A stretch of DNA of 64,000 nucleotides from Utricularia gibba (taxonomy: Eukaryota; Plantae; Magnoliophyta). The stretch spans positions 2,170,001-2,234,000 of the forward strand of contig NEEC01000002.1 of the NCBI GenBank assembly GCA_002189035.1. The letters run 5' to 3'. This document shows, in pieces, positions 51,770-64,000 of this stretch (its first letter is position 1; each line of letters begins with the position of its first letter). A program made the translations under genes and the position numbers. Under the pieces are notes generated by a model. That model did not search any database and had not been told where the DNA came from. It saw only the letters and a program-made list of their open reading frames with translations.

Positions 51770-52650
51770 TCCCCGATACTTTCACCTTTAAAACAGCGCT
51801 CAGACAGCGAAAATCTCGAAATCACAAGAACGGATCACGAATTGCGACACGAAACTCACGAAAAATGCGTCTGCCTCGCCGGCGCGTGGCGGTTGGCGTC
51901 AAAGTTCCTCAAGAGACCGGTCCTCTCTTAAAAGCCTGGGTGCATCTTCTGCAATGACTAATTTATCCTTGCGTGGACTTTTCCTACATTAAAGACTAAT
52001 TTACGCGCCGCATAAAGATAGCCTTGTTGGCATTATTCTCTTATATTAATATCTAGCAATTAAAAAATAAAAAATAATAACAAATAAAAGTAAACCCCTA
52101 GACATTAGATAGTATGACCAATGTTTTAAAATGATAAGTTAAGTCCTAATAATGTATTCATTTCATTTAAAAAATATTTTCCATTTTTTAAATACTTTAA
52201 AATATAATAAAAAATCACCAAACCCTACTCAATCTATCATAAAAAAAATAACCATTTTTAAAACATATTTTTATGACAATGATGTTCCTTGGAGCTCTCA
52301 AAAGGTTGAGTGTTTTTGAGTACTATGTATTATAAATTTGATCATTATATTTTGAATGTGTGAAAAAAAGACCTGATGTCTAATTTTGTAAATGACCCCT
52401 TGCTTCAAACCGCCATGGGAAAGTGCATGAAATTCATGGGAAGGGCAAGGTGCCAGAGTGAAGGATCAAGATCAGCAAAGACAATGGCCACCAGGATACA
52501 CAGCACAAGAACAAGGCAAATAGATACTGAAACACAATCACCCCTGCATATGCCTAGCTTCATTCTTCTCCGATGAAGCTCTGAAATGAATCAGTTTCGG
52601 TTCGAGATCGAGCCGGTTGAATGGATTCTCAAATGATGCAGTAAGAAGCA

Positions 52651-53604
52651 TCACATTATTGGACAGAGGCTTCCATCCACAAGAGGGCCACCATGATTCA
52701 CATCCATGAGTTCAGATGAAGGAGATGAAGGGAGGAGGAGGTAGGGATTCATGTAGCCATGAGAGTAAGTAGGGAAAGCACAGAAAGAATTAGCAACGCT
52801 TGCCATAGGTGGTGAAGTGTCATAACTCACCTCATATTCGGGACCAGGGAAGTAAAAGTGAGGATAGGGAAGAATCTGCAGGTATGGAGTATTGGGATTG
52901 GGCTGATCAACATGGCCGCCCTGTGGAGGAGATTCGATGGTCGCAGAGGCGGATGGAGGTGGGTCGATGCTGTCTCCGGGGGCTAGTATAGTGACACTCC
53001 CCTTTTCTTTTTCTTCTTCTTCTTTTTACCTCCATTTCCTCCCCCACCACCACCTTCCGAGGCACCTCCAGCGTTGGAAAAGGTGACCACCTTCTCAACC
53101 TCAGGTGGTGGTTTCTGGTTTCCCTTTCCATTGCTACTGTCTTCTTCACTTTTCTTGTCATCGGAGTTTTCCCAAAGCTCTGCATGTTTTCCAGACTTGA
53201 CCAGTTTCTTGATCAATTCTTCAGCTTCTACGTTTCCAGCAACAAGAACCTTGTGTTGCGTGGCATCTATGTCTATTTTATATACTCCTGTACACAAGGT
53301 ATCCACAATACACAAAAAAAGGTTTAAAGAAAATGAAACGATCAAACAGACTGCCACCAAAAAAAAAGACAGTGAAACATGAATAGATGATGGCTAACCT
53401 TCGATGCTTTGGAGAACTTTTTTTACTTTCCTAAGGCAGCCTCCGCAGTGAATAGACACTCTCAAGGTCCATGTCTGCAGAAATATATCAAAAGTGATGC
53501 AAAGACTCTCAGTTTCTACATAAATCTCAACATAAAAACGAGAAAGAGGTCACCTTGTATGTAAGAGGTTCAGGGTTGTTGTCACCGCCAGCTTCTCTCT
53601 CCAT
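52651..53604 (-). CDS. HIPP: Heavy-metal-associated isoprenylated plant protein, 3 exons; apparent -1 frameshift at 52999-53006
   Basis: HMA domain [19 protein letters not shown]; [20 protein letters not shown]; poly-Lys; Pro-rich tail ending in the CaaX motif CPIM* once the frame is restored. Confidence 0.9.
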
Positions 53605-54528
53605 TAGAGAGAGCCGTCGGTGAAACAAAACAAGAAAAGCCTGTTGTTCCCTTTGGAACCTGATTCACTGAAATGAGGATGGTAAATCATGCACATACAT
53701 CAATTCCTGTGAAGCAGAAAAGAAAAGGACTACATTACCCCTTCAATATGGAGGACAATCAGAGTGTCGGCTTTGTAAGTTTGTACCAAGTTATCAATTA
53801 TACAACCAGATAAACCGACAAACAATTAAATGATAAACATTAACACCCCTAGAGGTCACACAGGAAGAAGATGAATAATGCGCTTCCTGATGCATAGACA
53901 CAGGAAAAGCAATTGAAAAGCTCATTTTCTGCACTGGCAAGTGATCTTGAAAAATCTAAATAGAAACTACAGAAGTTCTTAGCAGAAAACACAGAAAGAA
54001 TATCAAACAGTAAATAGATACCAAGTGGAGTATATAGGAACAAAGCATCCGAATTCTGACACTAGACAAATTCCACTACGAGCACTCCAGAATCACAAAA
54101 CAGCCAATATATTGCATAAAGGTGAAAAAGATTTGTGATATCCAGCTTTGAATTGTTACATCTAGCATATGGTGCAACATCAAAAGAAGTATCTCAAAAG
54201 TTAAAGAGAGGGGCCATCACAGAAAGTGGCAGCATAGTAGTGGAGTTAAAAGAAGAACAAATAAGACGCGCTTTTTCAAGTATGAACAATACTGGGGGAT
54301 AGTCCTAGAATATCACTGAGCATCCAAATACGCATAAACTCTAAAAAGTGACCATTCCATATTATTAAAGTAACACAGTAGCCACGCAGGGTGTCAACTT
54401 GTGTAAAATCATAAAAATTACAGTCCAACCTTAAAACAATAGCTAAATAGAACATTAATCCAGAATCCCATGGTTATTGTACAAAAATCAAAGAAACTTG
54501 TAACCGTGGTTGAAGGATATAGAGCTAA

Positions 54529-55589
<1,061 letters not shown>

Positions 55590-55680
55590 TCAGCCCAAGT
55601 GCGAACCCGATTTCTGAGGCCAGCTTATTCATTTTCTTTCCCATGCCGCCGCTGCTTTTTCTCGACGAACTTTCACACGA

Positions 55681-57043
55681 ATGAACAACGCCATAGCTGC
55701 AAGAATCACGCACATTTTGACGACTAGTTGCAGAAATGAGTCTCATGTTTACCAAGTTCTGGCACAGATACTTGTGCAGAATCTCCGCTCCGACACCACC
55801 GTGGCGTACCATTTTATCACGGCGTGTCAATCGGCAAACCTCCTCGTTTCCGCAGCTTTGCCCCTATATTTAAATGGCGGAAAAAACCCTCACACTTTCG
55901 TCTGCAACTCTCTTCTCAAGGCATTTGCTCATTCTGCTGATCATGAAAAGTCTTGGCCAGTCTACAACTTTATGCATAGGAATTCTATATCCGTGAACGG
56001 TTATAGTTTCCCCTTCGTGCTGAAGGCGCTGGCGGACATGAGGTTGATAGAAGGGGGAGATTTGTTGCACGCGCAGATAAGGAAATTGGGTTTCTTGGCG
56101 GATATTTATGTAGGGAACTCTCTGATGAATGTTTATTCTGCATTAGGAAGAATGGATTTTTGTAGAAAAGTGTTCGATGAAATGCCTCTGAAGGATGTTG
56201 TCTCTTGGACCATCATGATTTCCGGCTTCAAGAACTTGGGGAGGTTTCATGATGCTTTGATTGCATTCGACAGTATGATAAGGGAAGGCGTGATGCCGAA
56301 TCAGGTGACTGCAGTGAACGCTTTGGCTGCTTGTGCAGGTTGTGGGGTGTTGGATATCGGCTTATGGATCCATGAACAAGTGAAGACGAACAAATGGGAA
56401 TTGGATGTGATTCTAGGAACTGCGCTGATTGATATGTACGGAAGTGCGGGCGCATCCATGAGGCGCTACAAGTTTTCAAGCAAATGGATACGAAAAATTT
56501 GTTTACTTGGAATGCAATCATCGGAGGCTTGGCTCTATCAGACAACAGAGGAGAGGCTGTTAAGCTGTTCTTCGAGATGAAAGAAGAAGGGATCGAGCCA
56601 GATGAAGGAACCTTGGTTGCAGTTCTTATCTCCTGCGTTCATTCAGGTCTAGTCGACAAAGGGCAGCACATATTTTCTTCTCTAGTTAAAGGTGAATACG
56701 GATTCCCCCCGGTTTGAAGCATTATAACTGTATGGTTGATCTACTAGCACGTTCTGGGCATTTGGATGATGCACTAACACTGATCAGAGAAATGCCGTTT
56801 CAGCCTACGGTGAGTACTTGGGGAGCTCTGGTTTCTGGGTGCAGAGCTGAAGGAAACTACCAGCTCTGCGAAATGGCTGCATGGAAGCTAGTGCTGATGG
56901 AACCCCATAACAGTGCTCACCGTGTTCTGTTGTCTAATGTCTACGCTGATCAGGGAAAATGGAGCGATGTAGACAAAGTCAGACAGATGATGAAAGAAAA
57001 GGGGCTCAAGAAGGGAACGAGCAGCAGCTCCCTTACTACTTGA
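55681..57043 (+). CDS. PLS-class, E-subgroup PPR protein, intronless; two apparent -1 frameshifts (56440-56443, 56705-56710)
   Basis: FVCNSLLKAF, YSFPFVLKA, VFDEMPLKDVVSWTIMISG, GTALIDMY, KHYNCMVDLLARSG, TWGALVSGCR, E domain VLLSNVYADQGKWSDV; no DYW. Confidence 0.93.
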
Positions 57044-57215
57044 ACCAGCCATTACCTGCTTGAGATCGACACTACAAAAATGCATGCTTTATTGGTCCAC
57101 AGAAAAGGAAAGGAGTTCACATTATTGAGCAAGTTCAACAACAAACACAGAGAAGGGGACTTGTCTGTGCGAGAAGGGAAACGCTAGAAGACTGATATCC
57201 AACTGCAGTTGCACT

Positions 57216-58006
57216 TCAGGGGAACTTCATCTTTTCGAGGGTCTTCTGCCAAGCGGGTCGTGCCACGATCTCCTTTGCCCATCTGTTGACGTGGGGTCTC
57301 GCCTCGAAGACATCCTTGACTTTGGTTCCAATCAAGCCGTTTACAACAGGTTGGTGGCTCAGATCCGCCAAGCTGAAATCTTCCCCTGCCAAGAATTTGG
57401 ACTCCTTCAGACGCGCCTCGTAGATGTCGAGGATCGAGGCCAGTTTCTCCGTGAGTTTCTCCACTTCAGCCTCGTCGGTTACCATCCCCCGGATCGGCTT
57501 GACAATAATCTCGAAGGCCAGCTTCACTGCCGTTTGATCAAACTGCTGGGACTCCACCTCCGTCCACAGAAGCACCAACCCCGCTTCCTTGGGGTTCGTG
57601 GGATCAGCTGAGTTCCCTCATCCGCGTAGGCACGCGCGATGTACTGAGTAATCGCCCTCGATTCTGCAACCCAGGAAGAAAAGGAAAAGTCAGTCAGCGG
57701 GTGTAAAACTTGTCCCATCTCCATGGATCCTTACCGAAGAGCTTCAAGTCTCCATCTTCAAAGGCGGGAACCTTCCCAAAAGGCTGCAACAACAAACAGA
57801 GGTGTTGTTGAGGTCGCTTTCTAGACACCAGATTAAAGGAAGGAAGGAAGGAAGCTCACGTTGAGGGAAATGAAGGGCTGGTTCTTCTGCTGGCCAGTCT
57901 GGAGATCAACCAAGACGAACTCGTACGGCAGTCCCTTCTCTTCAAGGCAAGCTACCACCCTCCGTACCGCCGGAGACAAAGGATGCCCGTGAACTTTCAA
58001 CCCCAT
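57216..58006 (-). CDS. GSTF: Phi-class glutathione S-transferase, 3 exons; apparent -1 frameshift at run 57600-57602
   Basis: MGLKVHGHPLSPAVRRVVACLEEK, N|PFGKVPAFEDGDLKLF|ESRAITQY, YEARLKESKFLAGEDFSLADLSH, RPAWQK. Confidence 0.95.
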
Positions 58007-58731
58007 CGCAGGTCTGTCTGTAAGTCTCTTCTGGTGGTTGGCTACCGCAGCAGTCCTTCAGTGATGATTTATATAGATGATGAGAAAAGGTCACTGTAGA
58101 GAGGGTTCGTTCAGGTAGCCGCAGAAAAGTAGCCCTATCCAACGCCCGGTCTTCAAAATTGAATTGCAATCGGTGCCTAACGTCTATCCAGCTCATTGCT
58201 GTCATGTGGAAGGGCCTGGAACCTCCTCCTACTCCTACGACCACTCCACGCACGGGCTGACGCTGCTCTCGCCTCCACTCCATCGCCCACGCAAGCGCTG
58301 ACGTACTCTTCAATTTCCAATTTCCTATACCTTACCCACTGGTATTTAAACAATTATGTGTGTTTGGTTTAAATTCAAATTAATTTTAATTAGAAAATAA
58401 AATACAATTCAATCATAATTTAATGTTTTTTTTTATCAAAAATAGACTTTATAAAAAAAAGAACTATTTTAATAAAATAATGTAAATCATACAAATGCAC
58501 ATGTTTGAAAATTAAGATAATGTTTTTTGTGGTGTATATCGCAAATATTCATTAGAAATAAATAAAAATACGAACTATTATAATATAAAATTTTATTAAA
58601 AAAATTAAAGAGAAATGATTGGGGATCTTCTGAATGCTCATCCCATTCAAGAACCTTGTGTCTTTTTTAGTAACAGGGGTGATTCGACGTTGCTCACAGA
58701 GAGAGGGTGAGAAATATCACATACCCTGGAG

Positions 58732-61436
58732 TCAGAGGCCAGGCATCGGGTGCCCCAGTCGGAGTAGGATGGATACATGTTTTATGTTTGGAACTGCTTC
58801 CAGGATGTGCTGCTGGGCATCTTCTGCAACCTTTGCAGCCTCCCTGGTTTTTGTAGCAGCCAAAGAAAAGGGTGATCACGACATTCACAAGCTTATGATG
58901 CTTCAGAAAACCCGAGAAGCTCACCGAATAAGTGCGTCCCCAGACATGGTGACCTCGATTTCAAGGAAAACATGCCCTTGCGATGAGTGCCGTGTGATTT
59001 TCTGCACTTCTATTTCCTGAGAGAACATTAAAGAGTTCATGTTATGTTCAGGGAGTTTGCGGGAGTTCGTTTGCGGTCCACTCCATGTACCTGGGAAAAT
59101 TTGGAAGCCAAAATTTTGGAAACTGTTTCTTCGGTATCTGTTGGCTCCATAGACATGTTGCTGCTCTCACTTGTGGGGACTTTCTGTAGACTTGTATCAG
59201 TTTCCCCGACATGCGAGTTTTCTGGATCTGCAAGAGAGTTGGATTAAGAGACTCCTGTTTCATGACTACAACGCATTGTAGCAAGCTAACAAGCACCTAT
59301 GTGTATGAAGACTTCTGCTACTTCAGGATGCAAAAGCTGAACCTGTCGGCGAACGTATTCCCCGATGTCATGTGCTTCACTAACGCTAGAAAAGGGATCC
59401 ACCTGAACAGGAGAGTGTGTTTTCAAGCATACTTTAAGAGATGCAGAGAAAATGATTTCTTGTTTCATTCAAACTGAGTATCTAAAACTGTGGGAGGTCA
59501 GTGAGAAACCTCAACATCAACGTCAAGATACAGAGATGAACCTGCTCGCCTGCCTCTGAGATGTTTGTGTCCCTGTAATTGGAAATAACGTATTCCGTTT
59601 CAAAACATAATCTTGAAGCAAAAAATTGGAAAGAACACAAAAGGGTACTGGAATTAGAATGCCTTGACTCCTTGAACCGCCGAAATTGTCTCCTTGTATT
59701 GCTTCAGATGGTCTGATGGAACAGCAGCATCCACCAATTCCATGATGCTACAATGGAACAGGCATGCCAATATTGTATATTAGCGTATTTGTGCTTTGGA
59801 AGGATATTGAAATGAAGATCACATTTTCCTCTGAAAATGTCATAGCTCAAAAGCGTGTTTCTGCGGAAACATAAGAAGAAAGAAGAAAAATCTGGTGCAT
59901 CACCTATTGTAACCACCCTCAATTCCAGCTTTTAGGATCAGTCCAGAGACGAAAAGCCCAGCGAGAGGATCAAGGAACCGAACCCCAACAATTGATCCAC
60001 CTAATTTTCCCAGTGAACGGGAAGTGTAAAGAGAGAAGTGAAAATAAGTACCAAAAAAACATCTTCTGGAAAACACAAGGACAAAAGGTTATGCTTCCTA
60101 TGAACCGTGTGAACTTCCAAACACAAAACTAATAGAAAAGATAAATATTTACCAACCCCAATGAGAGCAACGACGGATGAGACAGCATCTGCTCGATGGT
60201 GCCAAGCATTGGCAATCATGAGTCCACTGCCAGTTCTTTCCCCCACTCCCTTAGTCATCCAATATAACCTAATCAAAGCCAGAAAAAAAAAACAAGAAAT
60301 GGAAACTTCAACTGCAAACCAAAGTTCCTAACAGGCTCATATTATCCAGGGCACACAATGAACAATGCGCGAAAAAAAAATTAGACAGAACAAATGACCA
60401 GTAAATTATGACATGCAATGAAACTTCTGATAGTCTACATACCCTTCTTTAACAGCAATGGACATGAGGGTCATGTTTAAGGCAAGAACGGGGTGGTCCA
60501 TGTCCATCCCATGGTGATGGCCTCTATTATGAATGTGTCCACTGTCATGAGCCAAGGAATGATTGATAAACCATAGCTCCTAACAATGAAAATGGTTGGT
60601 ATTCGAGAAGAGCCAGACATAAAGCCAGTAGGTGTCTGTAAATTCAAGTGCAAAAATACTGCATAAGTACTCCTACCTGCAAAACATCAAAGGCATGCCA
60701 AGCTATGCCTCCAGCAGTCACCAACAACATACTCGAAATCCCAAGGGCTCCTAGCGATTCAAACTTACCATGTCCTGGAAAATTAATGGATCGAAGTATA
60801 AACAATAGGATAAAAAAGAAATTCCCAAAAGAGTGGCCAACGGACCATGATGATTAGCCCTAAAACAAATCAAACAAAAATCACATTTATCCCAGAAACT
60901 CTTATGGACAGATTAGAGCGTAGAGACAGATCAAAGGTTGACCATATGGATGCTCCTTATCCTTAGGAGTCCGTGCAGCATTAAAAGACAGCAGCGCCAC
61001 TCCACTCAACACCTTAACCATCAGGCACAACCAGAAACCATGTTAAACTAGGCACAATCTTATAAATTATCCGATCCAAGACCAAAAATCATACCACATC
61101 TGAGACGGAATGAGCAGCGTCTGCGATGATGGCAGTGCTGCCTGATAAATACCCAGTTACCGCCTTTCCTACCGCCAAACCGATATCTGCCGCCAGACCG
61201 ATTCGGAATATATTCTCGCTCTCTTTACCAAATCGCGTATCCCGGTCTTCTTGAAGGTGGTTGTGCAGGCCTCCATGCCACCGTCTTTGAATACTACGAG
61301 TCGCGTCTTCAGAATACAAATTTCCGTGATCAACACAAGAAATCTTCAGAAGATTGAAGAATGATCGCGATGATGAACCCATCGAGAGACAGCATTTGGG
61401 AATTGGATTCAGGTTTCTCAAAAACCTAAACCCCAT
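58732..61436 (-). CDS. MTP6: Cation diffusion facilitator, metal tolerance protein MTP6/MTPc1-like, multi-exon, includes a GC-AG intron
   Basis: IIADAAHSVSD, KEHPYG|HGKFESLG, His-rich loop HIHNRGHHHGMDMDHP, ANAWHHRADA, DPLAG, HLRGRRAGSSLYLDV, VDPFSSVSEAHDIG. Confidence 0.93.
59573..59662 (-). other. Non-canonical GC-AG intron in MTP (90 bp)
   Basis: Exon ends GGAGTCAAG, intron begins GCATTC with an in-frame TAA immediately after; acceptor TTACAG; splice gives GVK|GHKHLRGRRAG. Confidence 0.8.
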
Positions 61437-62216
61437 CTCAATAGCGTAGAACTCCCTCCCCCACCTCCCAGAGACACTCGCAGTCTAGTTGCTTGAGAGG
61501 CACGCGAATTCTGTGTTCTAGAGGAGCAGTTGGCGGCGCAACTTCAATCAATTCCTTAGAAAAAATTAAACAATTTTTATTTCTAAGAAAAACAAAAAAA
61601 TAAAGATAAAATAGGAAGCAAAATGTATGGATAAACGTAGTTATCTTCTAAAAATTGATAGTTATCGATATTGATTTTTTAACTTAATTTATAAATATAA
61701 AATGAGTGATAAATATTTGTAAGTGTTTGATATATGCATCATGTATTCTAAATATATGATTCAAATATATACAAAAAAATCAGTTTTGAAATTATAAAAT
61801 TAATATTTTAAATTATATATTTAAATATTATGATTTTTTAATTGATTTCTTGTTTAATCATTAAAACTATATATTCAAAAAAATTAATAACTTGTGAAAT
61901 TAATTTTAAAAATCTAAATCTATGTTTTCATTATAAAACAAATAAAGAATAAGGAATTGTTCTGCATGAATTTTTGTAATAAATTCTACTTCTTTTAAAA
62001 TTACAAGTTGTTAAAAAGAAAGAAAATTGAAAAGAAGATTGGAAAGTAAAAGGAAAAGAATAATGAAGTATTGTTCTGCAAATAATTTAATTTCTTCTTT
62101 TTTCAATTAGAATTAGAATTTATTTGATAATAAATTTTATATTACATACATTAAAATTCATAAGAATTAAATAAATAATGAAAATGTGCGAGAGCATCCC
62201 GATGGGCCCCACAAGC

Positions 62217-62243
62217 CTCCTGTGACTTCTCAAGTCACAGGAG
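62217..62243. repeat. Perfect 12-bp inverted repeat with 3-nt loop
   Basis: CTCCTGTGACTT-CTC-AAGTCACAGGAG. Confidence 0.9.
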
Positions 62244-63030
62244 CATTCATTCTGTCCGTCCAGGCAAGGGACAAGAGAGAGTTGGCATCCAGCAATGAGC
62301 GCCGTGGTGATGATCAGCAAGAGCTCTCTCTATTTGGCTCCATGTCAAGCACAGCCTCGTCAGCCCATTTGAGCCAAGTATGCAGTTTTGTGACTTGTGC
62401 TGTTGTCTCCAAACAGGAAAACTCATGGAATGATAAAAAAGACGCCGCATGTCTCCTGTTTCCCAGCGCAGCTACTCCACCAGCTCACTGTTTCTGCTGC
62501 TTCATTCCCACGTGGAGATCTTATCCCATTTCACACCCGCATTGCATTACTGAAGCTTCGGATGGGTGCTTCGAATTTTCTTGCCACTAACAGCCAGGGC
62601 TCCACACAGCCCTTTTACCTTTGAATGTAAAGCACGGCAATGGAGATTTGGAGGGTGGAATCTGGTTACTCGTTGTGCCCCACCCGGTTCGGACAATGCA
62701 CTCCAAAATTGAGAATCCTGGAGATGAACGAGTGGACACAGTAGCGACACGTTTTTTGTATCTGCTGCGGTGTTTGATCATGGTCCTGAAGAGGTTTATC
62801 CTGTGATTGGCGGGGTACAGTTGCAGGAATCTGCAAAAGAGATTATCCCAGTCGGTACGCTCCACCGCTTCTCCTTCACATGGCTAGGAAATAAAGAAGC
62901 GTACGCCGAGCACGATCCTGATACCAAGCCTGCTCTAAAAGCCATAGTTGATCTCCTCCTCTTCTTCTTCACTCGAAAAGAAGCAAGCAGAAGGCAGGGG
63001 GCCGCGGCCTCGGGCTCATTCTTCCTCGAC

Positions 63031-63342
63031 ATGGAGAAGATAGGAAACCTGACATCAGAACCGGGGATCGTGATCTTCAGCAAGAGCACTTGCTGCCTCG
63101 GCTACACCGTCGAGATACTCATCAAGGAACTCGGGGTCAACCCCACCGTCCACGAAATCGACAGCTTTCCCGACGGGAAGGTGATCGAGAAGGCCCTCTC
63201 AAAAATGAACTCCGGCAGCCCGGTCCCCGCGGTTTTCATCGACGGCAAGTTTATTGGATCGACCAACGAGGTTATGTCTCTCCATCTCAGCGGGGAACTC
63301 CTTCCGCTTCTCAGGCCGCACCAGCATCACGACCTCCCTTGA
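63031..63342 (+). CDS. ROXY: CC-type glutaredoxin, ROXY6-9 (CEPD) subclade-like, intronless
   Basis: MEKIGNLTSEPGIVIFSKSTCCLGY, HEID, VPAVFIDGKFIGSTNEVMSLHLSGELLPLL; no terminal ALWL; first in-frame ATG at 63031. Confidence 0.93.
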   Translation: MEKIGNLTSEPGIVIFSKSTCCLGYTVEILIKELGVNPTVHEIDSFPDGKVIEKALSKMNSGSPVPAVFIDGKFIGSTNEVMSLHLSGELLPLLRPHQHHDLP

Positions 63343-64000
63343 CAGAAACAACAAGCCACTGTTATCTCCCACCAATAAGCTCCGTTTTCCCCTTCTTTTA
63401 GTCGCCGGTTATCGTTTCTCTGTTACGCCGTAGTCTCGGGTCTTCATCTCTTCCGCATCATCGCTTGCTCTGTAGTTTCCAAATTCAGCAGTCCCAGGTT
63501 TTGTGTTTGAATTCCATGCATCAAAACTTATCAAATCCATTGAATTACTGGAATCTTAACCTACATTTTAATATAAATAAAAATAAATGTAAATGAAGCC
63601 CCTTTACTGCATGCCACAACCTAAAGAATCATATAATCGAAAGATATTTTTTAGATTTGATTCAATAGTTCGGAATTGAATCCAACAAAACAGATTCTTG
63701 ATATTTCAATAATATATAAAGAATCATATGTTTTAAAATATGAAATGATTCAAATCGAATCTGTGAATATTTGGATTCGATTTCGTAATTGTATTTAAAA
63801 AAATTAAATTTAGTTTATTATTATTTTAATTTTTTATTATATTTATAATAAATTTAAATTTATTTAACTCGTCATGAAATAAAAATTAATATAAAATCAT
63901 GAATAAATTAACATATTAAATTCGATTTCCGTGGATTATTGAAATCACCATATTACCCCTTCTTCCGATGCTGTACCATTATTGGGCTTATGGGAAGGGC

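Noticed and set aside
62770-63030. 190-aa N-terminally extended glutaredoxin from the ORF track
   Set aside because: It starts at GTG with no in-frame ATG before 63031, and the product from 63031 has normal CC-type GRX length.

Overview
This is gene-dense nuclear DNA from a eudicot plant. It holds about 30 protein-coding loci in 64 kb (roughly 1 per 2 kb), mostly short introns, and several head-to-head gene pairs on 200-500 bp spacers. That compactness suggests a miniaturised genome such as Lentibulariaceae (inference only). Gene order: MAU2/SCC4 (5'-truncated), CIPK, LYR protein, VARLMGL protein, inositol 3-kinase, TPR protein, SAM methyltransferase, DIVARICATA-like MYB, a long acidic uncharacterised protein, FtsH7/9, remorin, ADF, RPL36, cytosolic Asn-tRNA ligase (pseudogene), EXORDIUM-like, PMEI, jagunal-like, Di19, DUF789, PME, RPL18, RPL22, SmD2, UXS, HIPP, dephospho-CoA kinase, PPR, phi GST, MTP (CDF), CC-type glutaredoxin. 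I found no tRNA, rRNA, snRNA, conserved miRNA, CRISPR or intact transposase by eye. Main observations: (1) about 12 one-base-short frameshifts, most at homopolymer runs, in unrelated genes, most likely consensus errors; (2) a genuinely decayed AsnRS head-to-head with an unusually divergent RPL36; (3) two U12-type AT-AC introns and one GC-AG intron; (4) a possible unannotated small gene, a spliced uORF and several small repeats. I see no convincing wholly new biological system. Exon boundaries were placed manually from splice signals and recalled family consensus.
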